In this document: positions 40,920 to 55,053 of the stretch, in pieces
How positions within the stretch are numbered: position 1 is the first letter of the stretch
Layout: every line of letters begins with the position of its first letter
NCBI RefSeq assembly: GCF_009914755.1
Contig: NC_060935.1
DNA: 64,000 nt
Origin: the human T2T-CHM13v2.0 reference genome, Homo sapiens
Reading direction: 5' to 3' (one strand)
Notes under the pieces: model-generated
What the model was told of the DNA's origin: nothing
The model's input: only the letters and a program-made list of their open reading frames with translations
Databases searched by the model: none
Translations under genes and position numbers: made by a program

Positions 40920-41165
40920 ATGGTGGTGGATGTATAGTACCTAAAGTCTGTAGTTTGAATGTAAGGTCTCACACTTTTTAACTCTTAAGAATCCAGACCT
41001 GTTATTTAACCTCTCTCTAAACCGAACTTCCCTCATTTATACAAGAATTGTACTACTTCATTTGGTTGTTGTAAGATTTCATAAGTAGTGCATATAAAGC
41101 ATCAAGCACTAGCTTAGTGCTGAACATAGAGGATGCTTAATAAATGTCACCTGTTATTATTACTG
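40920..41165 (+). mobile_element. MIR
   Basis: 'gttatttaacctctct...ttccctcatttata...ggttgttgtaagatt...gcttaataaatgtcacctgttattat'. Confidence 0.65.
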
Positions 41166-43245
41166 TAATAATTAATATAATTATTAATGAAGGCCTTAAA
41201 GACAAACTTTCTTTTTCACACATGCAAAGCCCAACTTGATAGCCTTATTGCAATAATATAGTATAGAATTTCTTGTGTAAACTTAAAAATCTAGAGTCTT
41301 CCTTCCCACCCCATAAAATTCTGTAATGGTAATTCAGAATAATCAGTGTTTATGCATCTCTTACTATGAGCTAGAGCTCTCCCACTTCACCTTGTTGGGA
41401 GTGGATGGAGGAAAAAACAGATGGAATGTACTGTTTTAAGCTCTCAAGCACTTTGGAGGTTTAAAAGTGGGAAGCTATATTAGTGCTCTGATTCATTTCA
41501 TTCACATTATTTTATCTTGTATTAACTTTACTGCACCATCATCACCCTGAGTCTATGGTCCACTCATCTAGTAAACAGATATTAAGAAGCTAATTAAGTG
41601 ACCATCTCAATGATGTCCAAGACCAGCTTCATTATCTTAATTAGGGTTTGAATTATCAATTAACTGCACTACTTATAGTTTTAGAAGCATTGTGCATTGC
41701 AACATGTCAAAATTTAATTACAGCACAGGCTATTAAAAGCACTTAGAAGGATGCTTTGTGGTTAAATAATAATAAAATACTTTGAAATGTAACTATAATA
41801 AACCCCTTAGCATTAATTTTTAACAGTGCCAAAGCAGCAGAATTGCTGAGATTTGGGTAGGATGGTCACATTGATGCAAAATAGTCTCAGGAGTCTTTTG
41901 TAGTAATTCCTTTCCTCAAATTCCTTTGGCACTGTTGGATTGCTTCTGATGATAAAGTCATGAAAAGAACGTGTAGAAGAAAGCCATATTCTCCACATAG
42001 AGATATGAGTTATTATTATACCTCAAATACACATAAAAGCTATACTATGAAAAATGTAATTTATCTTTAAAGAATCTTCTAGAAAATAAAAAAAAACTCT
42101 GCATTGCAGAAAAATAGATATTCTATACTTTCCCCTGTATATGAGGCTGTGAAGTAGGAACATGCTTGCTTTTTACAGTGGGATGATGTAAATGCTCAGT
42201 TTTGCATAAACTTGGAAGTAGTAAACTATCTCCTTAAGCCACCAAAGAATTGCCACTTACAGACAGAGATACAGACATAGACACAAATACATATTATACA
42301 GATATAGCTAACCCTGGGGAATGTCTCAGAATTCTGTGAAGGCCTGGCCTAGAAAAGAAGGCTTGAGGGAGTTCTTTGAAATTCAGTCCTCTTTGAGAAG
42401 CTCATGGGATAGGGGTTTGCATGTTGAATAGGGAATGAATAACTTGGTGACTGCCACAAAGCTAAGGGTGGCCTCAGCTATCCTATCAGTCTTTGTATCA
42501 AATGATAGACTTGTCAACATATATTTTGAAAAATATCTCCTTAGGTAACAAGTTTATAAGTTGTCAAATATTTAATAAAATTAAAATTGACTTGAAAAAA
42601 CAACAAATATTTCATGAGGCTGCTCTTGTACTACAGCTAGCACAGAGCCATTTTCTATTATTTAAGATAATAAGCTAAACATGAAGAATTACCTCAAAAT
42701 TCTCAGATTGGTTCTATTCAGTGTGCTAGGACTTGCCAGATAGTTTCTTCAGATATTGGGCTCCACTACTTGAAGGTATCATACATTAATTGCTGTATTA
42801 TAATTTTTTAGGAAGTCTGAGACACTCAGGAATAAATAATTAGCTGAAATTATTATTGTAAACTCTCTGTTTATTGTACCTTTAAAACTACAGCTTCAGG
42901 TCACTGAAAAAATGTCTTGTTATATTTTTTATGAAAAGAGGCTAAGTTTCTGGTGTTTGCTCATTGTAAATAGCCAGCTCAACATTTGTGAGTGTTTCAT
43001 GGTCCTCTTCATTTCTTTCTATTTCTTCTTCCAATAATTAATTTGTCATCAGGCCGTGTTAATTACATTCTTAAAATGCTGTTTGATATTATTTTGTCCC
43101 TTCCTTCTTAGGTATATGTTTCCTAAACCAGATAAGATCTTTTACTTGTACTATTGTCTGTATCTTAATTTATTTATTTTTCACATGAATTCAGGTTATT
43201 TTATAAGATGTTGACCTCGGCACTTCCTTGTTTAAAAGTTCACTA

Positions 43246-46200
43246 CAAAGCATCTTTTAAAAAATCATGGAAAATGTATATTATGAAAAAATTATGCATA
43301 GATTTCATTTTTTGCATCAAATAATTTGGTAGTAACTTATAGCATGCCTGAACAGGATCTAGTTTGAGGTACTAAGAAGGATAAGTCATCAGATTGAAAA
43401 GAACTCCTATCAGAGCAACATGAATTCTGCTAACATTAAAGCAGAAACAAACATCAAATCTATGGTGAAACTTAGGTGGAAGAATGGTGAAATTAATAAT
43501 GCTTTATGAAAAGTTTATGGACACAATTTGCCCAATAAATTAGCAGTTTACAAATAGATAACTCATTTTAAGAAGGAAGAAGGCAATGTTAAAGGTGAAG
43601 CTCTCACTCCATCCAAGATGGCCAATTAGAAGTAGCTGTGGTCAGCAGCACTCATAGGAATGAAAAAGGGTAAGTGAATTCAGCACCTTCAACTGAAATA
43701 TCCAGGTTCTCACATCGGGACTGACTAGGCAAACAACTCAAACAAAAGGAAATAAAGAAAAACAGGGAGTGTGGGCAACAGTCCACCCAGGATTGGGATG
43801 GAGCCAAAGGAAGCCCCACCCCCAGACAAGGGAAGCAGTGAGTGATTGTGCAGTCCTGTCCAGGAAACCATGCTTCTCCCATGGATCTTTGCAACTTACA
43901 GGTCAGGAGATCCCCTTGTGAGCCCATGCCACAAGGTCTGTGGGTCTGATAGCGCTGTGTGAAGTCCTGGCAAAGTGGATATTCAGGCACACACAAAGAT
44001 CAAGGACTTTTACATACTCTGGTCCCAGGATCTCCAGCAAGTCAGGAAATTTATGTGTACCTATCCCTAGGAAGAGGGTGAATCCAGGGAGCAAAGCAGT
44101 GTTATTCTGTGGGCCCCATTTACAGGGCACCTCACAAGTTAATACCCACTGTCTTGGCAAACCAGATAGCCAATGGCAGCAGGTTGGAATCCACCTGAGG
44201 CAGGTTCAAGTTCCCAGGGTGAGAGGTGGTCTCCATCTCTGCAGTTTAGTTGCCTCAGCAGCTACCACCTGCCAGCTATGGAGAATACAGGTGGTCTAGA
44301 TGAAGAAGGGTCCCCCCTGCACCAATGCAGCATACCTGCTCTACCAAAAAGCAGCCAGACTGCTTCTTTGCACAAGTACCTGATCTCATTCCTCCTGACT
44401 TGGTGGGACCTCCCAGTGAGGGTCTCCAGCTACCTCCTACAGGTGCATGTAGGCCGGCAACAGGTCAGTATCCCCCTTGGACAGAGGCTCCAGGGAAAAG
44501 AGCTGGCTGCCATCTTTGCTGTTTCTCAGCCTTCACTGGTGATATCTCCAGGTACAGGAGAAACTAAGGTAATTGGGACTGGAGTGGACCCCCTGGCAAA
44601 TTACAACAGCCCTCCAGTAGAGTGGCCTGACTCTTAAAAGAGAAACAAACAAATGGAAAACAACCACAACAACATCAACAACAACAAGAAAAGAGCCCAA
44701 AAAAGCCTCATTCAAAGGTCAGCAACTTCAAAGATCAAAGGTAGATAATCCCACAAAGATGAGAAAAAATTAGCACAAAACACTGAAAACTCAAAAAGCC
44801 AGAGTGCCTCTTCCTTCCAAAGGACTGCATTATCTCTCCAGCAAGGGCACAGAACTGGGCTGAGGCTGAGATGGTTGAACTGACAGAAGGAGGCTTCAGA
44901 ATGTGGGTTGTAATGAACTTCACTGAGCTGTAGGAGCACGTTGTAACTCAATGCAAAGAAGAAAAGAATCATGATAAAACAATACAGGAGCTGATAGACA
45001 CACTAGTATCAATAGCAGAATAGAGTAAGCAGAGTTCTATTCTGCTTGATCTTTAAGAGACCTGTCTCATGGGCAAAGACACACATAGGCTCAAAATAAA
45101 GGAAAAGAGGAAAATTTGCCAAACAAATGAATAACAGGAAAAAGCAGGGGCTGCAGTCCTAGTTTCTGAAAAAAAACAGACTTCAAACCAACAAAGAAGA
45201 GAAAGGACAAAGAAGGGCATTACATAATGGTAAAGAGTTCAATTTAATAAGAAGAGCTAACTATTCTGAATGTAAACATCCCCAATACAGGAGTACCCAG
45301 ATTCATAAAGCAAGTTCTTAGAGACCTACAAAGAGACTTAGACTCATACAAAATAACAGTGGGAGACTTTAACACCCCACTTACAATATTAGATCATTGA
45401 GACAGAAAATTAACAAGTATATTTAGGACCTGAACTCAGCTCTGGATCAAGTGAATGTGTTAGATATTTAAAGAACTCTGAGCCAAAATTCAACAGAATA
45501 TACATTTGTCTCATCAAAACATGGCACTTACTCTAAAATTGATCATAGCAGAAGCAAAACACTCCTCAGCAAATGCAAAAGAACTGAAATCATAACAAAC
45601 AGCCCCCATGACTACAGTGCAATCAAATTGGAACTCAAGATTAAGAAATTTACTCAAAGCTACACAACTCCATGGAAATTGAACAACCTACTCCTGAAAG
45701 ACTATTGGGTAAATAATGAAATTAAGGCAGAAATCAAGTTCTGTGAAACTAATGAGGACAATGAAATATGTATCAGAATCTCTGGGATGCAGCTAAAGCA
45801 GTTTTAAGAGGGTTATGTATAGCACTAAATGACCATATCAAAAAGCTAGAAAGATCTCAAGTTAACAACCTAACAGCCCAACTAAAGGAACTAAAGAATC
45901 AAGAGAAAAAAAAAAAAAAACTAGCAGAAGACAATAAATAACCAAGGTCAGAGCTGAACTGAAGAGAGAGAGACATGAAAAATCCTTCAAAAAAAATCAA
46001 CCAATTTGGGAGCTGCTTTTTTGAAAAAATTAATAAAATAGACCACTAGCTAGACTAATAAAGAAGAGGAAGAATTAAATAAACACAATCAGAAATGATA
46101 AGGGGGATATCACCACTGACCCCACAGAAATAAAAACAACCCTCAGAGAATACTATGAACACCTCGATGCACATAAACTGGAAAATTTAGAAGAAATTTA

Positions 46201-49200
46201 TAAATTCCTGGACATATACACCCTCCCAAAATTGAAACAGATGGAAATAGAATCTCTAAATAGATCAAACATGAGTTCTGAAATTGAGGCAGTCATAAGT
46301 ATCCTACCAATAAATAAAAGGCCTGTACCAGATGGATTCACAGCTGAATTCTACCAGAGGCACCAAGAAGAGTTAGTACCATTTCTACTGAAACTATTCC
46401 AAAAAATTGAAAAAGAGGGATTCCTCCCTAACTCATAGTATGAGGCCAGCATCATCATGATATGAAAACCTGGCAGAGATACAAAAAATAAAGAAAACTT
46501 CAAACCAATATCCTTGATGAACATCAATGCAAAAATTCTCAATAAAATACTGGCAAATGGAATCCAGCAGCACATCAAAAAGCTTTCCACCACCATCAAG
46601 TTGGCTTCATCCCCAGAATGCAAGGTTGGTTCAACATATGCAAATCAATAAACGTGATTCATCACATAAACAGAACTAAAGACAAAAAACACGTGATTAT
46701 TTAAATAGATGCAGAACAGGCCTTCAATAAAATTCAACATTCTTTCTTGTTAAAAACTCTCGATAAACTAGGTATTGAAAGAACATACCTCAAAATAATA
46801 AGAGCCATGTGTGACAAACCTACAGCCAATATCATACAGAATAGGCAAAAGCTGGAAGCATTCCCCTTAAAAACCAGCACTGGAAATAAGAATGCCCTGT
46901 CTCCCCACTCCTATTCTACATACTATTGAAAGTTCACATCAGGATAATCAGGCAAGAGAGAGAAGTAAAGAGTATTCACATAGGAAGAGAGGAAGTCAAA
47001 TTATCTTTGCGGATAACATGATCTCATATCTTGAAAACTCTATCATCTCAGCCCAAAAGCTTCTTAAGCTGATAAGCAACTTCAGCAAAGTCTCAGGATA
47101 TAAAATTAAGGTGGAAATATCAGTAGCATTCCTATACACCAACCACAGGGAGGCAAAGAGCCAAATCATAAATGAACTCCCATTCACAATTGCTACAAAA
47201 AGAATAAAATACCTAAGAATACAGCTAACAAGGGAAGTGAAGAACTTCTTCAAGGGGAACTACAAACCAGTGCTCAAAGAATCCAGAGAGGACAGAAACA
47301 AATGGAGAAATATTGAATGTTCATATATAAGAAAAATCAATATCATGAAAATGGCCACATTGCCCAAAGTAATGTATAGATTCCATGCCATTCACATTAA
47401 AATACCATTCTTCACAGAATTTGAAAAAAACTATTTTAAAAGTCATATGGAACCAGAAAAGAGCTCAGATATTTAAGACAATCCTAAGCACAAAGACAAA
47501 ACTGGAAGCATCACTCTATCCAATTTCAAACTATACTACAAGCCTACAGTAATCAAAACAGCATGATACTGGTACAAAAACAAACACATAGACAAATGGA
47601 ACAATGTAGAGAATTCAAAAATAAGACGACACACCTACAACCATCTGATGTTTGACAAAATTGACAAAAAAAAAAGCAATGGGGAAAAGACTCCTTATTT
47701 AATAAATGTTGCTGGGAGAACTGGCTTGCCATAGGCAGAAAATTGAAACTAGACCTCTTTCTTACACTTTATACAAAAACTAACACAAGATGGATTAAAT
47801 GCTTAAATGTAAAACCCAAAACTATAAAAACCCTAGAAAAAAAATCTAGGCAATACTATTCAGGTCATAGGCACAGGCAAATATTTCATGACAAAAATTC
47901 CAAAAGCAATTGCAACAAAAGAAAAAAATTGACAAATTGGATGTAACCTAAAGAGCTTCTGCACAGCAAAATAAACTATCATCAGAGTGTACAGATAACC
48001 TACAGAATGGAAGATAATTTTGCAATCTATTCATATGACAAAGGTCTAACATCCAGGGTCTATAAGGGACTTAAATTTACAAAAACAAAAATTAGATGTG
48101 GTCATAGGACACGAACAGACACTTGTCTAAAGAAGGCATGCACATGGCCAAAAAACGTATTTTAGAAAGCTCAACATCATTGATCATTAGAGAAATGCAA
48201 ATCAAAACCTCAATGAAATACCATTTCACACCAGTCAGAATGTTCATTATTAAAAAGTCACAAAACAACAGATGCTGGTGAGGTTGTGGAGGAAAAGGAA
48301 TGCTTTTACACTATTGCTGGGAATTTATATTAGTTCAACCATTATGGACCACAGTGTGGCAGTTCCTCAAAGGCCTAGAAGCAGAAATACCATTTGACCT
48401 AGCAATCCCATTACTGGGTATATACTCAAAGGAATATCAATCATTCTATTATAAAGATACATGCATGCGTGTATTCATTGCAGCACTATTCACAATAGCA
48501 ACAACATGTAATCAACGTAAATGCCCATTGATAATTGACTGAATAGAGAAAATATGGAATACTATACAGCCATAAAAGGAATGAGATCATGCCCTTTGCA
48601 GGGACATGAATGGAGTTGAAAGTCATTATCCTCAGCAACTAATGCAGGAACAGCAAACCAAACACTGCATGTTCTCACTTATAAGTGGGAGCTGAATGAT
48701 GAGAACACATGGACACATGTAGGGAAACAACACCCACTGTGGCCTTTCTGGGTGGAGGTGGGGGTAGGGAGAGCATCAGGAAGAATAGCTAATGGATGCT
48801 GGGCTTAATACCTAGGGGGTGTAAGATGATCTATGCAGCAAACCACCGTGGCACACGTTTACCTAAGTAATAAACCTGCACATCCTGCACATGTACCCCT
48901 TAACTTCAAGTCAAAGGACAATATATATAATCTATATATATAGATAGGTAGATAGATGAAGCTCTCAGTGGCTGACCATCTATGTTAATTTGTGAGAAAA
49001 CAAAATAGCCTTGTATGTGCCCTAAGCAAGGAGGACTGATGAGTAACCACAGAAACAATGCCCAACATCATAGCCATCTTACTTGGCTCAATTACACATT
49101 TCTGACTAATGATTAAAGTTGAACAAACTTTCCATTTAATGGATGCCAAAACTGTTGCATTCAGATCAGCTGCAGACAAAAGCAGAGCTTTCAATAGAAA

Positions 49201-49812
49201 ATTTAAACTAGTGGGATTATGACACTAAAACATTTCTTTGAAGAATTGTAATGGAAGGGGAAATATGAGTTTACTAGTACAATTCTGAAGACAAAGCACT
49301 GTCAAAGTAAGGGCTACCAAGAGATGGAAGTGGTCCAGTCAAAGCAAAAGTGAATAGGTCAAGAGCAAAGGTTATGTCAACAGCCTTATTGGGATCCTCA
49401 AGGCGTTTTGCTTGATTTCTTGGAGTGCCACACAATGGTAACATTTCCTTATTATGAGAGTGTTTGGAGAAACTTAGCAAAGCCTACCTGAAAAATGCCT
49501 GGGAAAGCTTCACCAGAGAGTCCTTCTTCATCACAGCAATGTTTCTGTTCATTCCTCTCATCAAACAAGGGCAATTTTTCAAGAGCTTTGGTGGAAAATC
49601 ATTAGGCATCCACCTTACAGTCTTGATTTCACACTTTGTGATTTGTTTTTGTTTCCTAATCTTAAAAAGTCTGTGAAAGGCACCAACTCTTTGTTAATAA
49701 TGTTAAACAACAAAACAAACAAACAAAAAACCTGCATTGGCATGATTAAATTCCCAGGACCCTCAGTTTTTTAGAAATAAACTAAATGTCTGGTAACATT
49801 GCTTACAAAATA
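43246..49812 (+). mobile_element. HSMAR2 mariner transposon (pseudo-transposase), split by an L1 into 43246-43606 and 48968-49812; right end truncated
   Basis: TA plus left TIR-like 'caaagcatcttttaaaaaatcatggaaaatg'; ATG at 43420 'atgaattctgctaacattaaagc...atggtgaaacttaggtggaagaatggtgaa' matches the Hsmar2 N-terminus (MNSAKIEARTNIKFMVKLGWKNGE); second part 'ctaccaagagatggaagtggtccagtcaaagcaaaag'. Confidence 0.92.
43607..48953 (+). mobile_element. L1PA (about L1PA10-13) with both ends intact and an internal ORF1/ORF2 deletion
   Basis: 5' start 'ccaagatggccaattagaag'; ORF1 start ~44759; ORF2 peptides [11 protein letters not shown] and IFADNMI; 3' UTR; TSD aggtgaagctctca (43593-43606) / agatgaagctctca (48954-48967) at a TT/AAAG site. 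Confidence 0.95.
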
Positions 49813-51061
49813 CTTAAGCTGCTGATAAACTAAATCAAGCTAATTTTGTTTCATGATCTAGATAATAATAGGCAAGTTAGTCAATTTCTCCATGTATCTC
49901 AATTTACCTATCTTGGGATTAGACATAGCATTATGCCTTATTCACAAAGTTTTGTGATAATAAAAATAACTAGGAAACACTTTTTAAAACTTTAAATATA
50001 GTATAAATAAAGAAAATAGAAATTATTACTATCCACTATTATAAAAGGTAAACAAGATTCAGACTCTGCCTTCAGAAACTTATACCAAATGATAAGATGA
50101 GTGGTAAATGTTCACTGCAATTTACATAGAACACAACCTTAGTCAAGGAGAGTTGTTGAGGAAATACCTACCCAGCTTTCAGGTACCACTTGAGGTTTTA
50201 GGCTCACTATGTAGCCATTCCTGACATGCTGGTATACAAAAATGTTTACTCCTCTCTGAACTTCTGTAGTTACACTAATTTTATACCACTGTTTACATGG
50301 CATTTATAAATATATTACAAATATGCTCATTATACACATATTAAAATAAATGCATTATAAATATTATAAGTGTATTATAAATATATACTCTTGAATTAGT
50401 ATGCATATGACTTGAGTTCCCATATCTAGAACTTTGAAGAAAAGAACTTTATAAAATAAGTTTTGTGGATATTTTATAGTTAAACTAATTGTTACTGCAT
50501 GAATAAGTAACATAAGTAAGAAGTGAAAAGTTTTTAGAGATAAGAAAGTGCTATATGTGGAGAAAATTGAATTTTTGAAAATCCTGACTTAATACCCAGA
50601 GAAACAGATTTTTTTTAAGTTTAGCTTCATTTATTTGACATGACTTTGTTTCTGTACAAACAAAAGAATTACAAGATTTTTCCAGATCATTCAAATAAGA
50701 AAGGAAATAAGTCAATGATGCAGAAATTATTTTAAGATTTGAGCTAGTCTACAATCTGTTAAGATATGAGAAATTGAACTATATTTGTACTATTTCCATA
50801 TTAAACCAAGCAGCAAATCAATATTAATCATAACATTGTGCTTCCTGGAACTTTCTAAAGAGTCTATTAAAGTTTTGTTAGAAAGGATTGTTTTTAAAAT
50901 TAAAAACCATGAGTGGTTCCAGGCAAATCCACATACCTATGCCATCATAATATCAATCAGGGAAAAACATGCTTGAGTCTTTTATGAAGACTAAATGACT
51001 AAGGAGTGGTGCGTAAGTTTTCCCTGTTTCAACAAGCTGAGCACTTCCTTTTACTTCACAT

Positions 51062-54000
51062 TTAAAAAATTTTTTTTTCACACATTATTTGGGAGCAGGT
51101 GGTGTTTTGTTACATGAGTACATTGATTTGCAAGACTGTGGTGCACCCATCACCTGAGCAGTATACACTGCACCCTATTTGTAGTCTTTTATCCCTCACC
51201 CCTTCCCAGCCTTTCCCCCTGTGTCCCTAAAGTCCATTGTGTCACTCTTATGCCTTGGCATCCTCATAGCTTAGCTCCCACTTACAAGTGAGATCATACA
51301 ATGTTTGGTTTTTCATTCCTGAGTTACTTCACTTAGAATAATAGTCTCCAGTCTCATCCAGGCGGCTGGGAATGCCATTAGTCATTTCCTTATGTGGCTG
51401 AGTAGTATTCCATCGTGTATGTATACCATAGTTTCTTTATCCACTCATTGATTGATGGGCATTTGGATTGCTTCCACGTTTTTGCAATTGTGAATTGTGC
51501 TGCTATAAACATGTGTGTGCAAGTATCTTTTTTGTATAATCGCATCTTTTCCACTTGGTAGATACGCAGTAGTGGGATTGCGAGATCAAATTGTAGTTCT
51601 ACTTTTAGTTCTTTAAGGAATCTCCACACTGTTTTCCATAGTGATTGTACTAGTTTACATTCCCATCAAGAGTGTAGAAGTGTTCCCTGTTCACAGCATA
51701 AATGCCAACATCTACTATTTTTGATTTTTTGATTATGGCCATTCTTGCAAGAGTAAGATGGTATCACATTATGGTTTTGATTTGCATTTCCCTGATGATT
51801 ACTGAGGTTGAGCATTTTTTCATATATTTGTTGGCCATTTGTATATCTTCTTTGAGAATTTTCTACTCATGTTTTTAGCCCAATTTTTTATGTGATCATT
51901 TGTTTTTTTCTTGTTGATTTGTTTGAGCTTATTGTAAATTCTGGATATTAGTCCTTTGTCAGATGTACAGATTGTGAAGATTTTCTCCCACTCTGTGGGT
52001 TGTCTGTTTAATCTGTGGACTGTTCCTTTTGCCATGCAAAAGCTCTTCAGTTTAATTAAGTCCCAGAAATCTATCTTTGTTTTTATTGCATTTACTTTTG
52101 GGTACTTGGTCATGAAATCTTTGCCTAAGCCAATGTCTAGAAGGATTTTTCCAATGTTATCTTCTAAAATTTTTATAGTTTCACGTTTTAAAGTCCTTAG
52201 ACCATCTTGAGCTGATTTTTATATAAAGTGAGAGATGAGGATCCATTTTTATTCTTCTGCATGTGTCTAGCCAATTATCCCAGCACCATTTGTTGAAAAG
52301 GGTGTTCTTTCCTCACTTCATGTTTTTGTTTGGTTTTTTGAAGATCTGTTGGCTGTAAGTATTTGGGTTTATTTCTGGGTTCTCTATTCTGTTCCATTGG
52401 TCTATGTGTCTATTTTTATGCTAGTACCATGCTGTTTTGGTGACTATAGACTTACAGTATAGTTAGAAATGAGTAATGTGATGCTGCCAGATTTGTTCTT
52501 TTTGCTCAGTCTTACTTTGGTTAGGCAGGCTCTTTATTGGTTCCATATGAATTTTAGAATTGTTTTTTCTAATTCTGTGAAGAATGATGGTGGTATTTTG
52601 ATGGTTATCACATTGAATTTGTAGGTTGCTTTTGGCAGTATGATCATTTTCACAATGTTGATTCTACCCACCCATGAGCATGGGGTGTGTTTTCATTTGC
52701 TTGTGTCATCTATGATTCCTTTCAGCAGTGCTTTGTAGTTTTCCTTGTAGAGGTCTTACACCTCCCTCCTTGGTTAGGTATATTTCTAAGTATCTCATTT
52801 TTTTTTTTTGTAGCTATTGTAAAAGGGGTTGAGTTCTTAATTTGATTCTCAGCGTGGTCTCTGTTGCCATACAGAAGAGCTACTGATTTGTGTACATTAA
52901 TTCGTATCTGGAAACTTAGCTGATTTCTTTTGTCAGTACTAGGAGGCTACTGGAGGTGTTTTTAGGGTTTTTTATGTAAACGATCAAACGACAAACAGTG
53001 ACAGTTTGTCTACATCTTTGCCGGTTTGGATCGCTTTTATTTCTTTCTTTTGTCTGATTTCTCTGGCTAGGACTTCCAGTACTATGTTAAAGAGAAGTGG
53101 TGAGAGTGGGCATCCTTGTCTTGTTCCAGTTCTCAGAAGGAATGATTTAAACTTCTCCCTATTCAGTATTGTGTTGGCTGTGGTTTGTCATAGATGGCTT
53201 TTATTATATTGAGGAATGACCCTTGTATGATATTACTGAGAGTTTTATTTATAAAGGAATGCTGGATCTTGTCGAATGCTTTTTCTTCATCCATTGAGAT
53301 CCTCATTCAATTTTTGTCTTAATTATGTTTATGTGGTGTATCACATTTATTGATTTGCATATGTTAACCATCCCTGCATCCCTGGTATGAAATTCACTTG
53401 ATCATGGTGGATTTTCTTTCTCGTATGTTGTTAAATTCAATTAGCTAGTATTTTGTTAAGAATTTTAGCATCTATGTTCATCAAGGATATTGGTCTGTAG
53501 TTTTCTTTTTTGGTTATGTCCTTTACTGGCTTTGGTATTAGGGTGATACTGGCTTCATAGAATATTTTAGGGAGGGTTCCCTGTTTCTCTATCTTGTGGA
53601 ATAGTGTTAGATTGGTACCAGTTTTTCTTTAAATGTCTGGTAGAATTCTGCTGTGAATCTGTCTGCTCTTGGACTTTTTTTGGTGGCAATTTTATAACTA
53701 CAATTTCAATCTTGCTGCTTGTTATTGATTTGTTTGGGGTGTCTAATTCTTCTTGATATAAGCTAGAAGGTTTCCATCTTTCCAGGAATATATTCATCTT
53801 TTCTAATTTTTCTAGTTTTTGCACCTAAAGGTGTTCTTAGTAGCCTTGAATGATCTTTTGTATTTCTGTGGTGTCAGTTGTAATATCTCTCATTTCATTT
53901 CTTATTAAGCTGATTTTGATTTTTTTTCTACTTTTCTTGGTTAATCTTGCTAATGTTCTATCAATTTTATTTCTCTTTCCACAAAACAAGCTTTTTGTTT

Positions 54001-55053
54001 TATCTATCTTTTGCATTTTTTTGTTTAAATTTCATTTAGTTGAACTCTGATCTTGATTATTTCCTTTCTTCTGCTGGGTTTGTATTTGGTTTGTTCTTGT
54101 TTCTCTAGTTCCTTGAGGTGTGACCTTAGGTAGTCTGTTTGTGCTCTTTCAGACTTTTTGATGTAGGTGTTTAGGGCTAAGAACTTTCCTCTTAGCAGTG
54201 CCTTTGCCATGTCCCAGATGTTTTGATAGGTTATGTCCGTATTGTCACTTAGTTAGAAGAATGTTTAAATTTTCATCTTGATTTCATTTTTGACCCAGTG
54301 ATTATTCAGGAGCAGGTTATTTAATTTCCAATGTATTTGCATGATTTTGAAGCTTCCTTTTGGAGTTGATTTCTAGTTTTATTCCACTGTGGTCTGAGAG
54401 AGTGCTTGATATAATTTTAATTTTCTTAAATTTATAGAGGTTTGCTTTCTGGCCTATCATGTGGTCTATCTTGGAGTAAGTTCCATGCGCTGTTGAATAA
54501 AATGTATATTCTGTGCTTGTTGAATGGAATGTTCTGTATACATCTGTTAAGTCCATTTGTTCCACGGTATATTTTAAATCCATTGTTTCTTTGTTGACTT
54601 TCTGTCTTGATGACTTGTGCAGTGCTGTTGGTGGAGTATTGAAGTCCCCCACTATTATCGTGTTGCTGTCTATCTCATTTCTTAGGTCTATTACTAATTG
54701 TTATATAAATTTGGGAGTTCCATTGTTAGGTGCATATATATTTTCCTGTTGGACAAGGCCTTTTGCCATTATACAATGTCCCTCTTTGTCTTTTTAACTG
54801 CTTTTGCTTTAAAGTTTGTTTTTTCTGATATAAGAATAACTACTCTTGCTCGCTCTTGGTGACCATTTTCCTGAAATGTCTTTTTCACCCCTTTACCTTA
54901 AGTTTGTCTGAGTCCTTATGTGTTAGGTGAGTCACTTGAAGGCAGCATATAGTTGGTGAATTTTTATCCCTTCTTTAATTCTGTATCTTTTAAGGAGAGC
55001 ATTTACATCATTTACATTCAATGTTCGTATTGAGATGTGAAGTACCATTCCAT
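51062..55053 (-). mobile_element. L1PB (L1PB1-like), 5'-truncated at the start of ORF2
   Basis: Minus-strand peptides [35 protein letters not shown]; L1PB-type 3' UTR 'cccatcacctgagcagtatacactgcaccc'. Confidence 0.95.

Noticed and set aside
46232-48542. RT-like ORFs as a functional reverse transcriptase
   Set aside because: They are fragments of L1 ORF2 broken by stops and frameshifts. The same applies to 11725-12720, 51390-54652 and 62772-63041.
43420-49812. Domesticated mariner gene (SETMAR-like)
   Set aside because: The sequence is Hsmar2-type rather than Hsmar1, has multiple stops and frameshifts, is split by an L1, and has no SET-domain exons nearby.
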